NCBI GenBank assembly: GCA_038850285.1 | Contig: JAWCMA010000015.1 | Span: forward strand, 1 to 25,564 | DNA length: 25,564 bases | Origin: Methanocellales archaeon | GTDB taxonomy: Archaea; Halobacteriota; JAWCLZ01 | Direction of reading: 5' to 3' | Part shown: in pieces, positions 16,166 to 24,770 of the stretch | How positions within the stretch are numbered: the stretch's first letter is position 1 | How the letters are laid out: the number at the start of each line of letters is the position of its first letter | The notes under the pieces: generated by a model | Database searches by the model: none | What the model was told of the DNA's origin: nothing | Seen by the model: the letters and a program-made list of their open reading frames with translations, nothing else | Made by a program: the position numbers and the translations under genes

Positions 16166-16879
16166 TCAAAATAATCTTTTTATTAAAAACTTTTTATTCT
16201 CAATTAAATCCTCTTTGCATTTAGAGCAAAAAGGACTACCAGTTCGCTCCATTCTCTCAAGCATTTTCTGAGTCAATTCACTTGCATCCACAAATCTCCT
16301 CGTAACTTTATCATTTTCCTTCACCAGTCTCACCATATTGGATTGACCCATTACACAGTCAACCCTTATACAGTGCCATCCTAGAGAATAATCAACATCT
16401 TCTTTCCTTCTTGGAACACCAAAGATATGAGCGGTTTCATGCATAGCTGTTTTAAAAAGAACTTTAGGTGCAAAAGATTCATACCACTTTTCAATTCTAC
16501 AGGAAGAAAAAATAACCCTAGCACTGGGTTTCCCCAGTCTCAGATGCAGTGAAGTAGCTATGCCATAAACAAAATTTGTATCAGGTGTAAACAGGTCTTT
16601 TGCAGTAACACCAATTTCAATACCCTCTTTACCCTCGGATGCACGCCTGTTCAATACGTCTTCCACGTTATATTGAACACCAAAGGATCCTTTTCTTTTA
16701 CCAGCTTGCTCAAAGCATTTTTCCACTGCCTCTAAGTCTTCAAAAGAATTTTCCAAGGTTATGGAGAAATATGAAGTAATATCCAGGCCTTCTTTTAAAA
16801 CAATTTTGATTGCATCCACTATCACTGGAATATACTTCAATGTTTCTCTATCGCTCCATGCATAGATTTGAATTGCCAT
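16166..16879 (-). CDS. Archaemetzincin (peptidase M54)-like zinc metalloprotease
   Basis: QYN, VTAKDLF...NFVYG, HETAHIFG (HExxH), then HC....CVM and FCSKC. Confidence 0.78.
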   Translation of the reverse strand: MAIQIYAWSDRETLKYIPVIVDAIKIVLKEGLDITSYFSITLENSFEDLEAVEKCFEQAGKRKGSFGVQYNVEDVLNRRASEGKEGIEIGVTAKDLFTPDTNFVYGIATSLHLRLGKPSARVIFSSCRIEKWYESFAPKVLFKTAMHETAHIFGVPRRKEDVDYSLGWHCIRVDCVMGQSNMVRLVKENDKVTRRFVDASELTQKMLERMERTGSPFCSKCKEDLIENKKFLIKRLF

Positions 16880-16886
16880 TTTCCAC

Positions 16887-17165
16887 TTAAGCAGTCTTCT
16901 CTCTCCTCAACTCGAAGAGCACTGTATTCTCAGGATCAAGGCATAGGTATTCCTGCACCTCAGCAGCCATCCAGTCTTTTTCGGGCAATTCCTTGGATAA
17001 AGCCGGGAAGAGCGGGAGCATGCCAGCCAGTGCATAAATGCAGACCCCATCTCCCTTAAGGATGCGCAGGATCTGTCCATTCTCAACAGTGAAACAATCA
17101 CCTATCTTGTGCACGTAACATTTTCCCTTAACTTGCTTCTTCACAGTAACAACACTTCTATACAT
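16887..17165 (-). CDS. TIGR04076-family small Cys-containing protein
   Basis: VKGKC..HKIGDCF, VCIYAL..MLP, CLDP....VLFEL.R. Confidence 0.8.
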   Translation of the reverse strand: MYRSVVTVKKQVKGKCYVHKIGDCFTVENGQILRILKGDGVCIYALAGMLPLFPALSKELPEKDWMAAEVQEYLCLDPENTVLFELRREKTA

Positions 17166-17200
17166 ATCTATCTATACATACATACTCAATCTCCTCATAT

Positions 17201-17236
17201 AATATAGTAAGCACAAAAAATATAGTAAGCACAAAA
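17201..17236. repeat. 18-bp perfect tandem duplication (AATATAGTAAGCACAAAA)x2
   Basis: Copies at 17201-17218 and 17219-17236 in the divergent intergenic region. Confidence 0.9.
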
Positions 17237-17379
17237 ATTCTTCTGCCGTAAAGAAAAATATTACTTCCACTGCGACTCTTTTCCCTGGGGATATTATCAA
17301 TATTACTAATAATTATAATTCTAAAAAATAAATTTATATCTAGCTTTGTTTTTGAATTTCACTGCAGAAGGAAGATGGC

Positions 17380-18642
17380 GTGATTGCTGAAAGAATAGCC
17401 CAAGAGATGATAAAATGGGGACTTAGAGGTACAAGGTTTTCTAAGATTGAACCAGTTTTCCCAGCTGAATTGGATGGAATAGGATGGTATATTCACATTC
17501 CATTTTGCCGTCGATTATGTCCCTACTGTGGCTTTCGCAGCCTTCCCTATTCCCAGAGCAAAGTTGCATCTTACATTGATGCAGTGAAAAAAGAGATCCA
17601 GATTTATAGAGATAAGCTTGGGAAAATCAAAATAGGAGATGTCTACTTCGGAGGAGGCACTCCAAGTCTCACTTGGAGGGAAATACTCGAGACCGTGGAG
17701 TACTTGAGATCTAAATTTGAAGTAGAAGGCAAACTTGGCTTAGAGGCTAATCCTGAGGATATAAATGAAACAATGTGCGAAGCGCTAAAGCAAGGTAGTA
17801 TGAGTAAAATTAGCCTGGGGGTGCAGTCTTTAGATAGCGATATTCTTAAAACAATGCAGCGCGGCTATGATGCTAAGGCTGTACTTGAAGCTATAGAGCT
17901 TTTGCTTAACAAGGGATTTTACGTTAGTGTTGACCTAATGCATGGCTTGCCCAAGCAGAGTATATCTAGCTTGCTTCGCGATTTGAGGATGGTAGTTGAA
18001 GCTGGAGTTCATCAAGTTTCACATTATCCACTTATCCTCTTTCCCTACACTAAATGGTATCGCGAGGTTCAAAGTGGAAATATACCTCTCACTTCCCACC
18101 TGGAGAAAAATATGTTCTACGCCATTTGCGATTTCCTCACAGCGAATGGATATAAACAAGTCAGCTGCTGGGATTTCATAAGAGATGAAGCGGGAATGCA
18201 ATATATCACTTGCACGCGAGATGAAAATATAGGGGTAGGAATTAGCGCTTACACTAAAATTAAAAACTTATTCTATGTCAATACTTTCTCCCTAGAGGAA
18301 TATATCAAAAGCGTGAAATCTGGCTTACCCATTGCAACTGGGACAATTATGCCTTTAAATCAAGCTATGAAGCGCTGGTTTATGATGGGATTATATAAAC
18401 TTAAAGTGGATAAAGCAGATTTTGAAAAACGCTTTAGCGTCCCTATAGAGCGAGCAATTGGGAAACACTTGCTAATACTCAAATTGCTGAATATTATCCA
18501 AGAACACCCAAATTATATTGAAGTTACTAGACGCGGCTTGTACTGGGTCTCTTTTATGACAAAAATATTCATGCTTACTTTCCCCAGCAGATATATCCAA
18601 GAATGCCTGCGCGCTCCATGGCCAAATGCGTTTGAAATCTGA
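17380..18642 (+). CDS. HemN-like class C radical SAM enzyme, resembling MqnK/MenK/MenK2 menaquinone methyltransferases
   Basis: YIHIPFCRRLCPYCGF (CxxxCxxC), YFGGGTPS, EANPED, ISLGVQS, QVSHYPL, TRDENIGVG.SA...FYVNTFSLEEY. GTG start; TATA-like TTTATAT at 17333-17339. Confidence 0.8.
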   Translation: MIAERIAQEMIKWGLRGTRFSKIEPVFPAELDGIGWYIHIPFCRRLCPYCGFRSLPYSQSKVASYIDAVKKEIQIYRDKLGKIKIGDVYFGGGTPSLTWREILETVEYLRSKFEVEGKLGLEANPEDINETMCEALKQGSMSKISLGVQSLDSDILKTMQRGYDAKAVLEAIELLLNKGFYVSVDLMHGLPKQSISSLLRDLRMVVEAGVHQVSHYPLILFPYTKWYREVQSGNIPLTSHLEKNMFYAICDFLTANGYKQVSCWDFIRDEAGMQYITCTRDENIGVGISAYTKIKNLFYVNTFSLEEYIKSVKSGLPIATGTIMPLNQAMKRWFMMGLYKLKVDKADFEKRFSVPIERAIGKHLLILKLLNIIQEHPNYIEVTRRGLYWVSFMTKIFMLTFPSRYIQECLRAPWPNAFEI

Positions 18643-18653
18643 GTGCTCTATAA

Positions 18654-18725
18654 CGGACTCGCCGGGATTTGAACCCGGGTCTGAGGCTCCGGAGGCCTCG
18701 GTGCTATCCACTATACCACGAGTCC
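18654..18725 (-). tRNA. tRNA-Arg (anticodon CCG), 72 nt, no intron, CCA not encoded
   Basis: Acceptor stem GGACTCG/CGAGTCC, anticodon arm GAGGC-CTCCGGA-GCCTC, T arm CCGGG-TTCAAAT-CCCGG, discriminator G, A20 present. Confidence 0.96.
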
Positions 18726-18780
18726 AAGGAAATTGTTATATCCTTCTAGTTCATAATTCTATTTCACAGGGATGGATTAG

Positions 18781-19776
18781 GTGTTGGATATAATTTACCT
18801 CCTACTCTTAATTACTTTGATCATCTCAGGCTTGCTCATCTTAAACGAGGGCTCGAATCTCATTAGCGATAATGCAACAATTGTTGCTAGGCGAGCTGGC
18901 AGCTCAAGATTTGCAATTAGCATACTTTTAGTTTCCACTTTGGCTTCGATGCCTGAAACACTTGTTTCGCTATTTGCATTGCAGGAGAACAGCATTGATA
19001 TTGCAATGGCAAATGCTTTAGTTTCAATTATTGTTAATATCTCTTTCATAATAGGCTTATCTGCTTTAATAATGCCACTTAGAACGACGAAGGTGATGGT
19101 TGCTAGGGATGCTGTTTTTCTTTTAACAATGACAATCATTGCTTCTGCGCTCTTGCTAGATGGCATACTCTCGCGGTTAGATGGCTTTGTGTTGCTCCTG
19201 CTATATCTACCCTATTCCATAAATCTATGGATCGCGGAGAAAACGATGGGGAAAGAGGAAACATATACTTCGCTTAAAGATGCTTTTGCAGAGCTAGTGC
19301 TCTTTGGGCGCATCTTCAATCGAGGATTCAAAATAAGAACTGGCTTGATGTGGCTACTAGCGGGGATATTTCTAGCAGTAATTGGAGCTGAATTTTTGAC
19401 CCGTGGATCGATAGAAATATCAAGATCTATGGATATAAGCGAATGGTTAATTGGCGCGACGATAGTCGCAGTTGGAACTTCACTTCCTGATATCGCTGCT
19501 GCATATCATGCTACTAGGAAGGGCATGACAGATGTTGCTTTAGGAGCAGGAATAGGGGCGAATATTACGAGTATATTGCTTACCCTCGGATTAATGGGAC
19601 TTGTCTATCCTCTTGCATTTGATATCGATGAAGTGCTGCCAACAATTATTGCAATGAATGTTTTAACATTCACTCTCTTCATATTTCTTGCGATTGGTAA
19701 GACACTTACAAGAAGAGAGGGCATAATTCTTTTTTCATTTTACATTGGAATCGCTATATTGAATATATTTAGATAA
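18781..19776 (+). CDS. Calcium/sodium antiporter, CaCA (YrbG/NCX-like) family
   Basis: About 10 hydrophobic helices in two repeats, with alpha-repeat motifs LASMPE and GTSLPD; SRLDG and TRREG helix motifs. Confidence 0.88.
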   Translation: MLDIIYLLLLITLIISGLLILNEGSNLISDNATIVARRAGSSRFAISILLVSTLASMPETLVSLFALQENSIDIAMANALVSIIVNISFIIGLSALIMPLRTTKVMVARDAVFLLTMTIIASALLLDGILSRLDGFVLLLLYLPYSINLWIAEKTMGKEETYTSLKDAFAELVLFGRIFNRGFKIRTGLMWLLAGIFLAVIGAEFLTRGSIEISRSMDISEWLIGATIVAVGTSLPDIAAAYHATRKGMTDVALGAGIGANITSILLTLGLMGLVYPLAFDIDEVLPTIIAMNVLTFTLFIFLAIGKTLTRREGIILFSFYIGIAILNIFR

Positions 19777-19814
19777 GAATAAATATAAGTATTCCTATGA
19801 TTTGAACAGAGCTT

Positions 19815-21284
19815 ATGCTTCACCAGCTTGAGAGATTCATAGAGGAAATAACACTTGAATATTATCTTAACCTAGCTGGATTAAAGGATCAGCTTGATGT
19901 GAGTTCTATATATTCCAAGTACGATTTTTTCCGCGATGCAAGTGCTATTATAGAGCTCAAGAATAAAGCCATGCAAGCTAAGGGGGAGGAGAGGAGGAAG
20001 TTGGAGTATCTCCATTCCTATGTGGCGAGCAACTTCCTTGAAGATGCAACTAAGGAATTAACAGATTGCATTGTCAATAGAGAAGCAAAAGCCACTATTT
20101 CAATCGATGGAGAAGTGCATCCCTTTCGCAAAGCAGAGCTGCTAATGGAAAATGAGCCTAATTGTTTCAAGAGAAAGGCGATATATCAAGCAGCTATGCC
20201 GTTGATTGTGGAATTGAATATACTGCTGAAGAAAAAACTTGAGCAAATTCACATTCTAGCTAGGGAACTTGGCTATATAGATTATGTCCACATGTATTCA
20301 TACATCAAGAAACTTAACTTCGCCACTTTATTTGAGGCTGCTAAAAATATACTAAAGAGCACTGAGAGCATTTATGAGCGGGAATTTGAGAGAATAGCTG
20401 AGGGAGAGTTGGGCTTGCGTTTGGAGGCAATTCGAAAACCAGATATGCTGCGCCTTCTTCGCTTGGAAAGTTTTAATGGATTCTTCAAGGGCAAAGATAT
20501 GCTAGCTGTGCTCAAAAATACCTCGCGGGATCTGGGATTTGATTTAGACCGCGGGCATATAATTTTAGATGCTGAGAAGAGGGAGAGAAAAGTGCCTCGT
20601 GCATTTTGCGCCCCTGTTAGAATTCCTGAGAAAGTAATTCTGGTGATTGCTCCGAAAAATGGCCAAGATGACTATCAAGCTTTACTCCATGAATTTGGCC
20701 ATGCGATTTACTATAGCAATATCAATCCTGAACTCTCATTTGAATTTAAATATCTTGGAGATAGCGCATTAAGCGAGGGCTATGCTTTTCTTTTTCATTA
20801 TTTAATTACAAATCGATACTGGCTCGAGAAGCATTTTGAATTCAGCGAAGATGCTATTCACAGTTTTTTGAAGCAATTGTACTTCACCAAGCTCTATATG
20901 CTTCGCAGATATGCTGGGAAGCTCCTCTATGAATATGAATTGCACAGCAATGCAAGCGAGCCTGAGAAGCTTTATTCAGAGTTAATGCAGGAAGCACTTA
21001 AATTTAAGCACTCGCCAAATGAATATCTCCGCGATGTAGACCCAGCTTTTTACTCCGCGAGTTATTTAAAAGCTTGGTTTTTTGAATCTCAGCTTAAAAG
21101 CGTGTTAATTGAAGAATTTGGAGAGCAGTGGTTTGAGAAGCCTGAGACTGGGAAATTCCTCCGCGAGCTCTTTAAACTTGGGCAGAAATATTTCGCTGAG
21201 GAAGTGCTTCAAGGCTTGGGATTCTACGGGCTTGATGAATGCAGAGTAATCGAGGAAATCGAAACTGCTCTTAAGCAGCTTTAA
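19815..21284 (+). CDS. M3-like (gluzincin) zinc oligopeptidase
   Basis: R..KVPRAFC, LLHEFGHA (HExxH), downstream third ligand in ALSEGYA, YLKAW. Confidence 0.78.
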   Translation: MLHQLERFIEEITLEYYLNLAGLKDQLDVSSIYSKYDFFRDASAIIELKNKAMQAKGEERRKLEYLHSYVASNFLEDATKELTDCIVNREAKATISIDGEVHPFRKAELLMENEPNCFKRKAIYQAAMPLIVELNILLKKKLEQIHILARELGYIDYVHMYSYIKKLNFATLFEAAKNILKSTESIYEREFERIAEGELGLRLEAIRKPDMLRLLRLESFNGFFKGKDMLAVLKNTSRDLGFDLDRGHIILDAEKRERKVPRAFCAPVRIPEKVILVIAPKNGQDDYQALLHEFGHAIYYSNINPELSFEFKYLGDSALSEGYAFLFHYLITNRYWLEKHFEFSEDAIHSFLKQLYFTKLYMLRRYAGKLLYEYELHSNASEPEKLYSELMQEALKFKHSPNEYLRDVDPAFYSASYLKAWFFESQLKSVLIEEFGEQWFEKPETGKFLRELFKLGQKYFAEEVLQGLGFYGLDECRVIEEIETALKQL

Positions 21285-21380
21285 TTCATCAGCTGCCAAT
21301 CAAAAAACTAGAAATTATTTTTTTATTATTTTTATTATATATTTTTAATATTTTAAAAAATTGACGCTGTACATTAGAAT

Positions 21381-21445
21381 CACAAAATTTATATACACAC
21401 GATCCAAGTAGAAAATCATAAAATCAATTTTAAGGAGGAGAGAGG
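21381..21445 (+). promoter_or_regulatory. BRE-TATA promoter (CACAAAA-TTTATATA) and strong SD (AAGGAGG) of the acyl-CoA ligase
   Basis: TTTATATA at 21388-21395; AAGGAGGAGAGAGG directly before the ATG at 21446. Confidence 0.6.
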
Positions 21446-23137
21446 ATGGTTAAAATACCTGAGAACTATTTACCGCCAAAAGAACTCTGGCCAGTGCTCG
21501 AAGTTCCGCCAGAATATCAAGTGCCGGATAAAATAAATCTCGCTGAAGAGCTATTAGATAAAAACATCAAAGAAGGCAGAACCAATAATGTAGCCATTTA
21601 CTTCCAAGATCGAAAGATCACCTATCGAGAGCTGTACATAGATGTCAATAAACTAGCGAATAGCCTAAGAGAGCTTGGCATAGAGGAAAACGATAGAGTG
21701 GGATTGAGAACTGCAAATATCCCGCAAGCGGTGGTTGCTAATTTCGCCATAATGAAGATAGGTGCAATACCAGTGCCAATGTCACCACTCTGGTCAGCGA
21801 AAGAGCTCACCTATGCGAGCAATAACGCGGAGCTCAAAGCAATGTTTGTGACCTATGGTTTAATCGGCGAAGTAGAAAGGTCTATAAAGGAACTAGGTGG
21901 CTTCAAAACCTGCAAGTATATGATAGTAATAGGTGCAAAGCCAGAGGAGATAAAGCCCAAGGGATACTATTCCTATGAAGAATTAGTGGCAAAAGGTGCC
22001 AAGAAATTCGAGCCAGTAAGGCGAAACAAGCGCGATATAGGACTGCTTCTGTATACCTCTGGAACAACAGGCGATCCCAAGGGGTGCGCGCATTTCCAAG
22101 AGGGCGCGCTGGTTATATGCGATATGGTTGGCAAGCAAGTATGGAAGCTAACACCCTCCGACGTGGTAGGTGGTTCAGCGCCTGTATCGTTTGCCGCTGG
22201 ATATGGTACTTTCGCATTGATACCCTATCGCTTTGGAGCCGCGGTCTCGCTTCTCCTGAAATTCGTACCTGAAGAATTGCTTGCCGATGTTGAGAGGCAC
22301 GGTATAACTGTATTCACTGGATTGCCAACTGCTTATCGCAAGTTCCTAACAATGCCCGATTGGGAGAAGAAATATGATTTAAGCAGCATTAGAATGTACA
22401 CCACCGGTGGAGAAGCGCTCGGTGGAGAAACATTTGAAGCTTGGAAGAAGCGCATTGGCATGCCAATATACGAAGGCCTAGGTGCAACTGAGATGGTGCA
22501 CCTCGTGCTGAGCAATGCTGTAACAATGAAGCCCAAGGCAAAATCCTGCGGCGTACCATTAAAGGGCTTGACTGTTAGAATTGTAGATGACGAGGGCAAG
22601 CCATGCAAGCCTGGTGAAATTGGAACCATGACCATAAGAGCTCCAACTGGCATTGTATACTGGCGTCCCACTGAGCACGCTGGGAGATTAATGAAGAAGC
22701 AGAAGGAAAGTGTCAAAGAAGGCTGGAATGTACTAGGCGATTATGTATACGCAGATGAAGAGGGCTATGTCTACTTCGTCTCCAGAGACGATGATATGAT
22801 CAAAAGCTCTGGCTATCGCATTGGTCCGGAGGAAGTAGAAGAAGTCATTGCAAAGCATCCCAAGGTAGCGGATGTGGGTGTTATTGGCGTTCCACATCCA
22901 GTTCGCGGGATGGATGTTAAAGCTTGGGTGCAGTTGAAGCCAGATATTCCTGTTCCAACTGGCGAGGCAGCTAAACAGCTTGAGCAGGAAATACTGAACT
23001 TCATGAAAGACAAGATTGCAATTTACAAGCTGCCTAGAGTCTTTGAATTCACGCATAACCCGCTGCCTAGAACGCCAACTGGCAAGCTGATTCGAAGGTT
23101 CATCCGCGACTGGGAGAAAGCCAAGGAGAAAAAGTAA
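21446..23137 (+). CDS. AMP-forming acyl/aryl-CoA ligase (benzoate/2-aminobenzoate-CoA ligase-like)
   Basis: N-terminal LPPKELWP...NLAEELLD, P-loop YTSGTTGDPKG, YEGLGATE, GD, RDDDMIKSSGYRIGP.EVE, LPRTPTGK. Confidence 0.88.
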   Translation: MVKIPENYLPPKELWPVLEVPPEYQVPDKINLAEELLDKNIKEGRTNNVAIYFQDRKITYRELYIDVNKLANSLRELGIEENDRVGLRTANIPQAVVANFAIMKIGAIPVPMSPLWSAKELTYASNNAELKAMFVTYGLIGEVERSIKELGGFKTCKYMIVIGAKPEEIKPKGYYSYEELVAKGAKKFEPVRRNKRDIGLLLYTSGTTGDPKGCAHFQEGALVICDMVGKQVWKLTPSDVVGGSAPVSFAAGYGTFALIPYRFGAAVSLLLKFVPEELLADVERHGITVFTGLPTAYRKFLTMPDWEKKYDLSSIRMYTTGGEALGGETFEAWKKRIGMPIYEGLGATEMVHLVLSNAVTMKPKAKSCGVPLKGLTVRIVDDEGKPCKPGEIGTMTIRAPTGIVYWRPTEHAGRLMKKQKESVKEGWNVLGDYVYADEEGYVYFVSRDDDMIKSSGYRIGPEEVEEVIAKHPKVADVGVIGVPHPVRGMDVKAWVQLKPDIPVPTGEAAKQLEQEILNFMKDKIAIYKLPRVFEFTHNPLPRTPTGKLIRRFIRDWEKAKEKK

Positions 23138-23199
23138 ATTTTTTCCTTATTTATTTTATTTTTATTTAAATTTAAATTTAATTTTATTTATTATCAATT
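23138..23199. terminator. T-rich tract between convergent genes
   Basis: Several T4-T6 runs directly after the ligase stop. Confidence 0.5.
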
Positions 23200-24591
23200 T
23201 TAATTTTTTCCTATGTCCTTTCTATATCTCATTCCATTGAAGAATATCTTCTTTATCTCGCGATAAGCAATTTCCCTTGCCTCCTGCAGGCTATTTCCCC
23301 TTGCAACCAAGGTGAGTACTCTCCCACCTGTGGTCAAGATGTTTTTATCTTCATCTCGCTTCGCAGGATCCCTAAAAGAAGTGCCATTGTGGAATATCAA
23401 GCAGTTTTTATCAACGCTTCTTAAACCAAAAATCGGCCGATTGGTATAGTGCCTGCCAGGATAGCCTTCTCGCCAGCCATCGGTACCATGAGATCTACCG
23501 CTTACCGCGCAAATACCGAGGTAATACTCTGGAGACCACTGAAGTTGGATCTTATGCAGTTTGCCCTCTAAGATTGCCTCAGAAATTTCATAGAAATCAG
23601 TTTTCAATCTAGGAAGTATAACCTGAGCCTCAGGATCGCCCATTCTAACATTGATCTCAAGCACATAGGGATTTTTTTCACCATCTTCCTCGCAAATCAT
23701 AAGGCCGAAGTAAATTATACCCTTATACTCCAAGCCCTTTAGCTCTCGAAATTTAGTAATCACAGGCTTGGCTATTTTCTCCATAATTTTATTCACCAGC
23801 ATTTCATCGAGCCAAGGATGAGGAGAGTAGCCCCCCATGCCACCTGTATTTGGATTTTGCCTTCGATTGGGGTTGCGAATTGTTTCATTATACCACTCAA
23901 TTATATCCACATCACCTTCATCAAAAGCTGGCTTGTAGTCCATAGCTGCTTCGAGAGGTAGCACAGTATTCCCATCGGTTAAAGCGAAGAACATCAGTTC
24001 TCTGCCATATAGCCTCTGTTCAATGTCAACGCGATTTCCAGCTTCACCAAAAATTTTCTCCACCATGATTTTGTCAACTGCATAAAGTGCTTCCTCTTTA
24101 GAGTTGCAAACAATTGAACCCTTCCCAGCTGCTAGACCATCGGCTTTTACCACGAGGTTTTGATCTTTGTTTTTTTCATAAAATTCTATAATGAACTGCT
24201 TAGCATCCACTGGGCTCTCAAAATTTCTATAGCACGCGATGGGCACGCCTATGCTTTTCAAAAAATCCTTGGTATCGCATTTACTGGACTCAAGCACCGT
24301 AGCCTCTTTAGTTGGTCCAACAATTCTAAGTCCCGCGCTTTGAAAAATATTCACTATGCCCTGAGAAAGATATCCCTCTGGGCCAACGAATGTTAAATCA
24401 ATTTTTTTCTCCCTAGCAAAATTCAGCATTTCAGGAATAGACTTCAGAGCTACTTGCTGGCATTTCTCTAGCAAAGAACTGCCAGCATTGCCAGGTGCGA
24501 CGTATACCTCTGAAACACGCGAGCTTCTAGCAAAAGCATGTGCGATTGCATTTCCCCTCCCTCCTGCGTCTACAACTAGCACTTTTTTCAT
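23200..24591 (-). CDS. purD: Phosphoribosylamine--glycine ligase (divergent, with insertions)
   Basis: APGNAG, FVGPE, LESSK, VVKADGLAAGKG, NPNTGGMG.YSP, EINVRMGDPEAQ, GYP, T.GGRVL, MRYRKDIG. Confidence 0.88.
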   Translation of the reverse strand: MKKVLVVDAGGRGNAIAHAFARSSRVSEVYVAPGNAGSSLLEKCQQVALKSIPEMLNFAREKKIDLTFVGPEGYLSQGIVNIFQSAGLRIVGPTKEATVLESSKCDTKDFLKSIGVPIACYRNFESPVDAKQFIIEFYEKNKDQNLVVKADGLAAGKGSIVCNSKEEALYAVDKIMVEKIFGEAGNRVDIEQRLYGRELMFFALTDGNTVLPLEAAMDYKPAFDEGDVDIIEWYNETIRNPNRRQNPNTGGMGGYSPHPWLDEMLVNKIMEKIAKPVITKFRELKGLEYKGIIYFGLMICEEDGEKNPYVLEINVRMGDPEAQVILPRLKTDFYEISEAILEGKLHKIQLQWSPEYYLGICAVSGRSHGTDGWREGYPGRHYTNRPIFGLRSVDKNCLIFHNGTSFRDPAKRDEDKNILTTGGRVLTLVARGNSLQEAREIAYREIKKIFFNGMRYRKDIGKN

Positions 24592-24770
24592 TCAATTCCC
24601 CATTTTTACTTAATCGCAGATATTTAAAAATGTCTCCAAGATGATTACAGCATCTAAAACTTAAATTTGTATTCCACTTGAGTGACTCCTTCTAGGTCAT
24701 TGGAAAACGGTAAATTGCAAGCGATAATTTTATAAAAATTAAAGAAAATGAAAATATATTGATACTTCTA

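Noticed and set aside
18472-18711. 79-aa ORF starting inside the tRNA
   Set aside because: Overlaps the tRNA and is antisense to the radical SAM gene.
14343-18725. Island integrated at the 3' end of tRNA-Arg
   Set aside because: I found no second copy of the tRNA 3' end by eye and there is no integrase in the window.
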